DNA of 64,000 bases from a virus. Its lineage: Duplodnaviria > Heunggongvirae > Uroviricota > Caudoviricetes. Each line of letters opens with the position of its first letter. The first letter of the stretch is position 1. The notes under the pieces were generated by a model. It did not search any database and was not told the origin of the DNA. It saw nothing but the letters and a program-made list of their open reading frames with translations. The position numbers and the translations under genes are program-made. Shown one piece after another: positions 56,086-64,000 of this stretch. The stretch lies in the IMG/VR virus record IMGVR_UViG_3300046533_001163. The stretch is one strand, 5' to 3'.

Positions 56086-56886
56086 TTACGGAAACACGGT
56101 GCCTTGGATTTGTAAAGTGGCCGAATCAGACGGCAGGGCCGCAGATCCCGCAGGTGTGACTCTTTTTAGCCAAAGAGGAAATCCTTCTTCGGCCCTCAAT
56201 GTTGCTATTGTAATAGATCCGCTGGTAAATACAACCCCAGTTGGGGTAGTTGCGACATTTCCAGTGCTCTGAGCAATATCATTTCTTGGACCACCTTCTG
56301 TTATCGTGCTCATAGTTGGATTGGGTACAGATGGGGTCAAAGCATTCGTATCTACCACCAAAAGATTTTGATTTCTATTGCCGTCATCACCGGTAAATGT
56401 TATTGTGTAATTAGAGCCACTTGAATGAGCACAAGAAACCTGTGACAAACCAGCGGTTCCATTCAACCCAGCCTGCAAATTTACGGCAAAAACTGACGGC
56501 GTATTGTCCCAGTTGATCTGGGGAGATAAAGCGTTTTCGTATTTTAGCACTAAATTTCCACCTGTTGGCGACCCATTTATCGCAATTCGCTGAACCTCAT
56601 TTCTTGCTAAAACTCCAATAGTAATAGTAGAACCGCCAGCAATCTGGGATTGCAAAGAAACAGAAACATTGTAGAATACATCCGTTGAATTGTTATTAAA
56701 TACGTAAATACAGCGATAGTCAGTATACCCGCTTTGAGCCTGTGCGGCAGTCACATTAGTGAACAAGTTATTCAGCGTTGTTCCGACTGCATGCGAACTA
56801 GGTTGCCCACCAAAAGAAAGAGCCGGATTAGTATTGCTTGAACCCCCTGAAAGCACTATGCTAATATCCGAAGCCATAATCGTCAT
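56086..56886 (-). CDS. Probable tail/virion structural protein
   Basis: NNLF.NV.......YRCIYV.N; EVQ.I......TGG...L....I.W module typical of tail proteins; TAAATA-aggt-ATG. Confidence 0.65.
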   Translation of the reverse strand: MTIMASDISIVLSGGSSNTNPALSFGGQPSSHAVGTTLNNLFTNVTAAQAQSGYTDYRCIYVFNNNSTDVFYNVSVSLQSQIAGGSTITIGVLARNEVQRIAINGSPTGGNLVLKYENALSPQINWDNTPSVFAVNLQAGLNGTAGLSQVSCAHSSGSNYTITFTGDDGNRNQNLLVVDTNALTPSVPNPTMSTITEGGPRNDIAQSTGNVATTPTGVVFTSGSITIATLRAEEGFPLWLKRVTPAGSAALPSDSATLQIQGTVFP

Positions 56887-56912
56887 ACCTTATTTACCCT
56901 GAGAGGTTGAAA

Positions 56913-57806
56913 ATGCCAGACGAAGAAACAAAGGAACTCAAAATTACGTGGCAGCCTCGTAAAGGCGGGAAGCCATCCCAGATTTACACCACAGGGCTTG
57001 AATACTGCTTTATCAACAGCGAAAATCAACAGTGCCATGAATTTGTTTACTGCAAAGACTTCCTACATGACGCGGTTCATGCTTTTTTGTACGAAAAAGT
57101 CGCGGACATTTATGACTTCGTTTACGACCCCAAGAGCATGCCTCCCCTCATGCTTTCTAGGACAAAAATTGCGCTAAGCAATGCGTCCGACAAAAATTTT
57201 GTCAGTAAAATGGATAATATGGTTGACTTCATCAACCAATGTGAGGTAAAATTAAAACTCAAGAAGTCTAGGGGAATCCTTTGTAGTAACCCGCCAAAAC
57301 AATATAAAAACGGTATTATAGTTTTAAGAGGTTCAGCTAAGTGGATAGAAGCGCCTCCAATGCTATCTTTATATACTCTTCTTATTAGAATAGGGTTTAT
57401 CCATAAAAAGGGCGATAGTTATACCCAGACTATGGACGCTTTAATCAATGGATCGGTTAAACCATATCAAAAAAATGATACCAGCTACCTCTCAAGCGCC
57501 AAGAAAAGTGTTGACAGGATTCTTGAAGAAGGGTATAGAAAAATATTCTACAGCGATATCAAGCGAAATTATCCAAAAAATGTAGACATTGGAACGCTAC
57601 ACAACAGCTTCGGTATTGTCGGGTTCACTAGCAAATCTCCCAAACAATGGGTTCCAGGCTGGTGGAAATCTAAGAAAAAGAAAATCACTACCGCTGAAGC
57701 TGCGGCAGCTAACCCAGACGATTATTATATTGATTGCGAAATGGGACTGACCAAAAAAGAAACCGCCAAACCGGAAACCATTAAAACAGAGGTGGCAAAT
57801 GCCTAA
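56913..57806 (+). CDS. Hypothetical protein, distant member of paralog family A
   Basis: CKDFLHD, F....E.KLKL, W...PPMLSLYTLLIRIG; upstream partner of the COOH.NH2 ligase. Confidence 0.6.
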   Translation: MPDEETKELKITWQPRKGGKPSQIYTTGLEYCFINSENQQCHEFVYCKDFLHDAVHAFLYEKVADIYDFVYDPKSMPPLMLSRTKIALSNASDKNFVSKMDNMVDFINQCEVKLKLKKSRGILCSNPPKQYKNGIIVLRGSAKWIEAPPMLSLYTLLIRIGFIHKKGDSYTQTMDALINGSVKPYQKNDTSYLSSAKKSVDRILEEGYRKIFYSDIKRNYPKNVDIGTLHNSFGIVGFTSKSPKQWVPGWWKSKKKKITTAEAAAANPDDYYIDCEMGLTKKETAKPETIKTEVANA

Positions 57807-58686
57807 ATCTTGGACAATCGGACATGATGTTGAATTTACGGTCTTTGACCCGAAAAGTAAGAAAATCAGAAGTGCTATCGGGGTAGTTCCTGGCAGCAAG
57901 GAATGCCCTTATGACCTCGGGGACGGCCATCGGGCTTTCTACGACAATGTGCTGGCAGAATGTAACTTAAAAGTTAGCAATTCCAAAGAAGATTTTATAG
58001 CAAATAACAAGGAATGTTTTCAGCGATATGCAGATGCAATTAAGCCGTGTGTTTTACTGCCGAAAGCATCCCACACATATCCGGCATCAGAACTTCAGCA
58101 CGAAGATGCCTTAAAGTTTGGCTGCGATCAATCTTTTGATGCTTATACCGTCGCCCCAAATCCACCGCCCGACTGTCAGCCCGGTAATGGCTTCCGAACC
58201 GGGGGTGGTCATATTCACCTTGGTGGCGATTTCTTCCCCTTAAACGACGACTGGGGGCGTATATGGGTCATTAGAATGATGGATATCTTCTTTGGAGTTC
58301 CGTCACTGTTTATTGACCAAGATCCAACGTCTATGGTAAGACGCAAGCTGTATGGTGGAGCAGGGGATCATCGTCCGCAAGTCTACGGAGTTGAGTACAG
58401 GTCACCATCCAATTTCTGGGTAGCTACTCCTCAACTGGTCGCACTCACATATGATATCTGTGATTTTGTGCTGGATGTCTGCATTAACGAGCAACATGAA
58501 GAAATTTATAATCTTCATGAAGACAATATCGTGAAATGCATCAATAATTGGGACAAAAAGGCGGCAAAACCCTTTATGGAAATATGCCGAAGACTAATGC
58601 CCAAAAAACTATGGGAAAACGTTGAGCAACTCTCTAAGCCGCGAGAAGACAAGTCGTTCTACGAGAGCTGGGGAATCAAGGCTTAG
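57799..58686 (+). CDS. phiEco32-like COOH.NH2 ligase (type 2)
   Basis: IGHDVEF, DNVLAE, FGCD...DAY, RTGGGHIHLG, RRKLYG.AG..R...YGVEYRSPSNFW. Confidence 0.88.
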   Translation: MPKSWTIGHDVEFTVFDPKSKKIRSAIGVVPGSKECPYDLGDGHRAFYDNVLAECNLKVSNSKEDFIANNKECFQRYADAIKPCVLLPKASHTYPASELQHEDALKFGCDQSFDAYTVAPNPPPDCQPGNGFRTGGGHIHLGGDFFPLNDDWGRIWVIRMMDIFFGVPSLFIDQDPTSMVRRKLYGGAGDHRPQVYGVEYRSPSNFWVATPQLVALTYDICDFVLDVCINEQHEEIYNLHEDNIVKCINNWDKKAAKPFMEICRRLMPKKLWENVEQLSKPREDKSFYESWGIKA

Positions 58687-58703
58687 TCAAAATAATAGGC
58701 AAA

Positions 58704-58770
58704 TAGCCCAAACTGGCAATTAGCAAGTTTATTCCTTTCCTTATCTTTTTTATACGGCCAGTTTGGGCTA
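58704..58770. repeat. 14-bp perfect inverted repeat in intergenic DNA
   Basis: TAGCCCAAACTGGC (58704-58717) ... GCCAGTTTGGGCTA (58757-58770). Confidence 0.7.
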
Positions 58771-58789
58771 CCAACCAACGGAGAAAAAC

Positions 58790-59437
58790 GTGCCAAAAAA
58801 TCTAATCGGGAAATGGATAGTTGATGCGCCTGAGAACATAGAGCGGTGCATCATCGCCTTCCCAGGAAGGGGAGGATCGGCTGAAAGTATGATGAGTCTT
58901 TGTCGTGCCATAAGGTTGCCGGATACATTGATTATATGCTTACAATCTAGATATTTTGCTTGGTACGCATCTCCAAATGGAGCCAATGATCAATATGATG
59001 CTGTGCAAAGCATGAAGAATGCTATAAAAGAAATAACAAATACAATTAATAAAATAAAAGACTTTTGGGGAGTGTCGGACAACCAAATCGCCTTGCTTGG
59101 ACATAGTGCTGGTAGCGTTGTCTCAATTCAAACTGCGCTAAACTTCAATTTCCGTGCGGTTATTTCCCTTGCCGGTGCTATTTTAGAGCCGGAAAAAATG
59201 CCGATATGCGCTATAGACACTCAATTTTTGCTTCAACACGACACTAATGATGACTGCTTTTCTTGGGATGAACGATTCGTGCCAATGCATGACGCTCTAA
59301 AAACAAACAAGTATCATACAGAAATATGTATAGACAGAGGAAATGGGCATGATTCATTTACGAACGAAGTCGTAGACTATGTGCAATCATTTCTAACTGA
59401 GAAGTTCAAAATTACCGCAGAAAGCGAAGAGTCCTAA
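58790..59437 (+). CDS. Phospholipase/carboxylesterase (alpha/beta hydrolase)
   Basis: PGRGG, GHSAG nucleophile elbow, D..F, GH; GTG start with GGAG SD. Confidence 0.85.
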   Translation: MPKNLIGKWIVDAPENIERCIIAFPGRGGSAESMMSLCRAIRLPDTLIICLQSRYFAWYASPNGANDQYDAVQSMKNAIKEITNTINKIKDFWGVSDNQIALLGHSAGSVVSIQTALNFNFRAVISLAGAILEPEKMPICAIDTQFLLQHDTNDDCFSWDERFVPMHDALKTNKYHTEICIDRGNGHDSFTNEVVDYVQSFLTEKFKITAESEES

Positions 59438-59445
59438 AACTCTAA

Positions 59446-60195
59446 CTACTTACTAAGATCAACAATCTTAAAACCTAGATTAAGCAAGTCAGCAAATCCA
59501 TCTAAGGATTTCTTTGCCTGCATATCACCTAGAGTATCATTAATCTCATCAATAGTAGCTTCTGTTAGTTGTTTTCCTGGGTTATAACCCTTGCTCAAAT
59601 AAGACGCAAAGCTATAAAGAGCAGACTCAGTCCCACGATAAAACTTAAGAGCATCGTCTACCATCTTTTCTCTTGAGTAGCTTTCCGATACAACATACTT
59701 TGAGCACTTGGAGCACATCCCGTCTTTGGGGTCTTTACTGCCGCAATTACAGAAATAAGTGTCCATACCGTTGCCAAAATAATTGGCTTCTTCTTTTTTA
59801 TCATGGCCATGCGCAGCGTGACTACCTTTACCTTCGCATTTGTCGCAATCACAATTACACTTTGACTTTCCACCTTTATCCATCATGTCATCATCATCAT
59901 CGTCCATGTCGTCGTCATCCATATCATCATCTTCGTCACCATCTACATCATCATCGTCCATGTCGTCGTCGTCCATGTCATCATCTTCGTCACCATCTAC
60001 ATCATCATCGTCCATGTCTTCGGGTTCTGGGGCAATAGGTTGCTTAGGCGCTTCTGTAGTAACATCTTCAGTGGCGTCAACATTTGCCCATTGAGCACCG
60101 ATTACGCCAATGGCCTTTGGTCCAGAAGAAAGTCCAAGTAAAGTAGAAGATCCAAGACTTTCATGTAAAAGCTTCCAAGATTTAAAATCTATCAT
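59446..60195 (-). CDS. Acidic repeat protein, probable internal head/scaffold protein
   Basis: Start MIDFKSWKLLHES; D/M tract; Cys clusters; LxE sites. Confidence 0.55.
   Translation of the reverse strand: MIDFKSWKLLHESLGSSTLLGLSSGPKAIGVIGAQWANVDATEDVTTEAPKQPIAPEPEDMDDDDVDGDEDDDMDDDDMDDDDVDGDEDDDMDDDDMDDDDDDMMDKGGKSKCNCDCDKCEGKGSHAAHGHDKKEEANYFGNGMDTYFCNCGSKDPKDGMCSKCSKYVVSESYSREKMVDDALKFYRGTESALYSFASYLSKGYNPGKQLTEATIDEINDTLGDMQAKKSLDGFADLLNLGFKIVDLSK
59893..60017. repeat. 54-bp tandem repeat (~2.3 copies) encoding DDDDVDGDEDDDMDDDDM
   Basis: caccatctac recurs at 59937 and 59991. Confidence 0.85.
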
Positions 60196-60243
60196 ATTAT
60201 ATTTTTCCTGCGATATAGGTGCTGAAATATATATCAAAGACAA

Positions 60244-61086
60244 TCAGCATTTTAGTTCACATAACACTTTTTCAGGCGATGAACTAAAATAGTCCGCTTG
60301 GAAAACGCGATTATTAATATTTGTTCTCTTAACCCACGATGTCGTCATAGGGGCTAAACAAGGAAAATACATCATTAGCTGCCGAACGTTAAAGTTATCT
60401 GCAACACAAGATAAGCCTGACTGAAACCCAACAAAAAAGACAGAATTTCTTATTATATAGCAAATATTACTAATGTAAGAGTCAATATAAACAGTATTAT
60501 GGACGCCTTGTCTAGTCAATCTGTCTCCTATTTCAGATAGGACGTTTTTATCATACCCTGCACCTACTAATATAATAGGCAGATTAAACCTGTCATATAT
60601 CCCCTTAACCAACTTGTGCCATTGATCTGTATTCCAAAGGTCCGTTCTAGAGCGATTAGTTCCAGAAACAAAAGCCGTAAGATACCGCCCATAAGGAGTG
60701 GGGCAACAATCCGTTCTAATAGGAACGCAAATATCAATAGGATATTCTAAATCTATTTCATCTAGCCTAGTTCCGGACTCAAGCCACCGATTCGCCGAAT
60801 ATTCAAATGCAAAGCGCCCTTTTTGATATAAATCAAATATGCCTTTAATATCAGGCTTTAAGCCAGCCACTCTGTGATAATCTGCTTCAGAAACCTTTTT
60901 AAAACAAGACTTTCCTACCTGTGGCAAAAGCTTGACGAATTCCCCAGATCTGTGCTGTACGGCATCATCGGCTATGGTTAATATGTTAAAATTAATCTTA
61001 TCAAAATATGGGGCAAACTTTTGATATATCCAAAATATATCCCCAATACCTTGAGGAACATCCAGAGTAATTTCAGCGCCAATCAT
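60244..61086 (-). CDS. GT9-like glycosyltransferase
   Basis: GIGD near the N-terminus, W...QW..L, PIILVGA..D, FFVGFQSGL. Confidence 0.65.
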   Translation of the reverse strand: MIGAEITLDVPQGIGDIFWIYQKFAPYFDKINFNILTIADDAVQHRSGEFVKLLPQVGKSCFKKVSEADYHRVAGLKPDIKGIFDLYQKGRFAFEYSANRWLESGTRLDEIDLEYPIDICVPIRTDCCPTPYGRYLTAFVSGTNRSRTDLWNTDQWHKLVKGIYDRFNLPIILVGAGYDKNVLSEIGDRLTRQGVHNTVYIDSYISNICYIIRNSVFFVGFQSGLSCVADNFNVRQLMMYFPCLAPMTTSWVKRTNINNRVFQADYFSSSPEKVLCELKC

Positions 61087-61871
61087 GCAATAAATATAGT
61101 CGGCGACCAGTTAAAAATATCTTTAGTCCTGGCGATATCAGCACAGGTATGAAACTGATATGTATCTTTGAATGGGCAATCAATATAGTCTGGGATAATG
61201 TTAGAATTATACAATCTATTACAGTAATTTATTATATTTTCAAAAGGGACGCTGACTCCGCTACCTAAATTAAATACTCCACTTGTTTGCACGCTTATAG
61301 CACTCTTAATACACTCGCATACATCATCAATATGAATAAAATCACGCTTAGGATTGCCTTTAAATAAAATAGGCGGTTGGCCATTCTTGATCATATTGTT
61401 AATCTGATGTACCATGGATGCCCTTTTACCCTTGTGCTCTTCGCCAATAAGCGACCAGACATTGGTAAACCTAAAACCAATACAAGAAACATCTTTGTCT
61501 CTAGTCCAAGATAATGTCCATCCCTCAAAGTTCTTTTTACTCTGAGCATATGGGGTTAAACAATCATGAACTGCGCCCGATGATGCCCAAATAAACTTGC
61601 GACATCCTTTGCCATAATAATAATCAAACATTTCAATCGGCCAATAATAATTAGCTCTCATCATGGCGTCATAATCTCGGCTCTGCGTATCATTGTTTGC
61701 CGCAAGATGTATCAATACATCTGCCTGTCCCGCATCTTGCCAGTGGATTATAGGAACTGCACTTGGCTGCTCATTCAAATGCCCTGTGCCAACTACATCG
61801 TGTCTCTGACATAGTATTCTAGACAAATATGATCCTACAAATCCGGTGGCACCAGTGATTAATATTCTCAT
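61083..61871 (-). CDS. hldD: ADP-L-glycero-D-manno-heptose 6-epimerase-like SDR
   Basis: ITGATGFVG, IHLAA, WASSGAV, YAQSK, GFRFTNVW..GEEHKG.RASM, RDFIHIDDV, YQ.HTCAD. Confidence 0.8.
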   Translation of the reverse strand: MRILITGATGFVGSYLSRILCQRHDVVGTGHLNEQPSAVPIIHWQDAGQADVLIHLAANNDTQSRDYDAMMRANYYWPIEMFDYYYGKGCRKFIWASSGAVHDCLTPYAQSKKNFEGWTLSWTRDKDVSCIGFRFTNVWSLIGEEHKGKRASMVHQINNMIKNGQPPILFKGNPKRDFIHIDDVCECIKSAISVQTSGVFNLGSGVSVPFENIINYCNRLYNSNIIPDYIDCPFKDTYQFHTCADIARTKDIFNWSPTIFIA

Positions 61872-62563
61872 GATTTCTTAAAAACAAAACTCATTACACC
61901 GTCACGGCCCGCAAGGGTTTCTGCATCGCTCGTTTCTATCAGTTCAAAACCATATTCGGTTACACAATAAATCAAGCCATTTTGAGTGAAGTACTGAAGG
62001 TGCTCGCCTGGCTTCTTATGCTTTGACGACACGATATCATGAATATCATTAAAAATAGGCATGCTTATAAAAAGATATCCATTTTTCCGTACTTGCCGCA
62101 ATATCTCTTCTGGCTTTTGAAAGTGTTCAAAAACATCCCACAGTGTAATCCCATTAAATTCAAGAAGCGTTTGATCTTTACTTAGCTCTTTATAAATACC
62201 TCTATCTTTTAGCCACTTCACGCCACATGGGTTAATATCATACCCGAATGACCTAACTCTTAACTTTTTAATAAATTCTCCGCAACCAATCCCTACATCT
62301 AAAACCAAATCCTGATCTGACATATACTTTTCAACTAAACTACAACGATATTTATTTAAGGCAATGGCAGTAGGAGTGTGCTCTAGGTCTACATAATGCT
62401 TCCAGTAAGCATCTGAATATTCAATAACTTTGTTTCTATCAATTTGCCAAGCAACCCCTATTTCAGGAATACCTTCTATACCGTCTGTAATAGAAACTAC
62501 TTTATCGCCATATATGCCCCGTTTCAATAAGTCAAACATGCGATAATATAGTTCATAGTTCAA
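61868..62563 (-). CDS. Class I SAM-dependent methyltransferase
   Basis: VLDVGIGCGEF, GYDINP, TLWDVFEH, PGEHL.YF. Confidence 0.85.
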   Translation of the reverse strand: MNYELYYRMFDLLKRGIYGDKVVSITDGIEGIPEIGVAWQIDRNKVIEYSDAYWKHYVDLEHTPTAIALNKYRCSLVEKYMSDQDLVLDVGIGCGEFIKKLRVRSFGYDINPCGVKWLKDRGIYKELSKDQTLLEFNGITLWDVFEHFQKPEEILRQVRKNGYLFISMPIFNDIHDIVSSKHKKPGEHLQYFTQNGLIYCVTEYGFELIETSDAETLAGRDGVMSFVFKKS

Positions 62564-63449
62564 TTTTATTTTTCAGGAATTCATACGATTTATGCGGAGC
62601 ATAATAGATGTGCTTGTATTTAAAACAATGATCGTCTGTGCTCTTTATCATTAGGCTAGGATAACTAAAAATTTTAGCCGCAACTACTGATAGAACAGAA
62701 TTAACGCCGATATAGCCGCTAGATTTTTTTAATATCTCCATGGCTTCAACTATAGATGTTTGATTTGATAAATCTATTAAGTTTTTGCTGCCCGCAGGAA
62801 TTAAATCAGGGCCAAGATTTAAAACAACCCCGCTCATCTCTAATCTTTGCAACGATATAATAGTATTTTCCCAGTCACCTTTATCAAAATCCCTAGACGC
62901 AATTCTCTTATCACTAGAATATGGGCAAATTACCATGTATTTTTCTGGTAGTCCAAAATCAGAAACATTACATAACTGATTACTTAAAATGCTTGAATCA
63001 TTATACTTGAGATACCCGGACGTAATGCGGGAAAACTTCGGACTGATGCTCCAGTCATCAGCATCAGACAGCCCTTGAGGAATATTCATTTTCTTAGTTT
63101 TTAAATGAACCATAACCTCATCTTTGGTAAAGAAGCACCAGAATTTAGAAAAATCATCATAAACTATAACATGATTTTTGAGCTTTGGAAAATTAGAAAG
63201 CCTTTTGAAAACTTCCATAATATGCTTGCTTTTATTAGTCGCATAATATATCGTGTCCAGATTTTCTCTTTCATAATGAGAAAAATAGCTTTCTAAAGCA
63301 AGAACATCCCCAATTCCACCCGTCAGTAAAATACCACCAGACGATTCTTTAAATACTCTGGCAGGAGCATTAAATACTCTTTCTTTAATAAGCCGCTGAT
63401 TACGGCTTTTAATTAAATATTGATTTCTTTCACTAAAGTTAAATGGCAT
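62553..63449 (-). CDS. GT9-like glycosyltransferase
   Basis: GGIGDV, VICPYSS, IDLSNQTSIVEAMEILKKSSGYIGVNS. Confidence 0.65.
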   Translation of the reverse strand: MPFNFSERNQYLIKSRNQRLIKERVFNAPARVFKESSGGILLTGGIGDVLALESYFSHYERENLDTIYYATNKSKHIMEVFKRLSNFPKLKNHVIVYDDFSKFWCFFTKDEVMVHLKTKKMNIPQGLSDADDWSISPKFSRITSGYLKYNDSSILSNQLCNVSDFGLPEKYMVICPYSSDKRIASRDFDKGDWENTIISLQRLEMSGVVLNLGPDLIPAGSKNLIDLSNQTSIVEAMEILKKSSGYIGVNSVLSVVAAKIFSYPSLMIKSTDDHCFKYKHIYYAPHKSYEFLKNKIEL

Positions 63450-64000
63450 AATGCAAGTTTTTAGCTTCGCTGACAACTGATGCGGCAATCTCATCAGAGC
63501 AATTCAAAGCAATCTTAACCTTATTTATATTAGTGGAAATATCTTTAAGAGTCCTAAGTCCAGCAGTCCACAGTTTATTAGCCTTTACCCTGCCTATTCC
63601 GCTTAGCTTGACTATATCAACCATTTCAAATGGCACGCCATAATTTATCCTGGCTCTCAGTTGTTCTAGCCACATATGCCGGTTCCACATACCATGCATA
63701 CGATTTATAGCAGATAAAACTTCTAGCGTTCGGCTAAAATCATATTGCAACCCTCTCATGGGAGCGCTCAATATAGGATTCTCTTTTCCCTGTAATAAAA
63801 GATGGTAACAATACCCTACCTTAATTACCGATGCATTGTGCATATCAAAATTAACCTTTTTTCGCCGCAATATATTAACATAGCCATCAGCTTCATCTAC
63901 TTCCATTCTACTAGCAATGCCGCAGCGGTGGGTATCAATATTTGATAGCGCAATAGTTAGCCAATAATCATCTTGCTCTTTTTCGTTTTTAAAAAGGTGA
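63439..64000 (-). CDS. C-terminus of a Ski2/Hel308-like helicase; 5' part lies outside the window
   Basis: Frame is open to the window edge; YGVPFE...I..L.GIGRVKA.KLW.AG.RT..DI HhH module. Confidence 0.7.
   Translation of the reverse strand, partial: HLFKNEKEQDDYWLTIALSNIDTHRCGIASRMEVDEADGYVNILRRKKVNFDMHNASVIKVGYCYHLLLQGKENPILSAPMRGLQYDFSRTLEVLSAINRMHGMWNRHMWLEQLRARINYGVPFEMVDIVKLSGIGRVKANKLWTAGLRTLKDISTNINKVKIALNCSDEIAASVVSEAKNLHYAI

Noticed and set aside
58763-58789. TTG start of the esterase sequestered by the inverted repeat
   Set aside because: GTG 58790 has a properly spaced GGAG SD and lies outside the stem.
59658-60094. His-rich and Ser-rich ORFs over the acidic repeat
   Set aside because: Alternative-frame readings of the Asp/Met repeat.
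1-64000. Stop-codon reassignment
   Set aside because: Long genes are intact in code 11, and TAG and TGA both end genes at tight junctions.
1-64000. CRISPR array, tRNA, rRNA, integrase/transposase, reverse transcriptase
   Set aside because: None recognised by eye; tRNAscan and CRISPR finders should confirm.

Overview
AT-rich, very gene-dense 64-kb stretch in the standard genetic code that looks like an accessory region of a large (jumbo-type) tailed phage. No capsid, terminase or portal gene is in the window, so the phage call rests on PhoH, BppU-like, LamG and tail-type proteins, a phiEco32-type COOH.NH2 ligase, T4-like late promoters and many short orphan genes. The host is probably a diderm (ADP-heptose and GT9 genes, lipoproteins, PspC); McsA plus PrkA/YeaH/SpoVR would fit a Planctomycetota-like host, which is inference only. 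Main contents: (1) DNA polymerase III alpha (DnaE) split into two genes on opposite strands ~10.6 kb apart, with no intein. (2) A recurring TAAATA-NNNT-ATG element predicting leaderless late mRNAs, several of them encoding proteins with T4 capsid-targeting-like N-termini, including a RelA/SpoT-family small alarmone synthetase. (3) Translation genes IF-3, bS21 and peptide deformylase. (4) A higher-GC prkA-yeaH-spoVR operon, plus TraR/DksA-like, McsA, ClpP, DnaJ and PspC genes. (5) Glycosylation genes: HldE, HldD, four GT9-like, two GT2, a plant RGP/UAM-like mutase and a methyltransferase. (6) Amino-acid catabolic enzymes: IDO-like dioxygenase, ThDP 2-oxo-acid decarboxylase, lysine 6-aminotransferase and a PuuD-like hydrolase. 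(7) A candidate structured ncRNA, several apparent pseudo-enzymes and tandem paralog arrays. All family calls come from motif recognition by eye; no database searches were run. Several real genes are absent from the ORF track (LamG protein at <1-930, PspC, four small ORFs).
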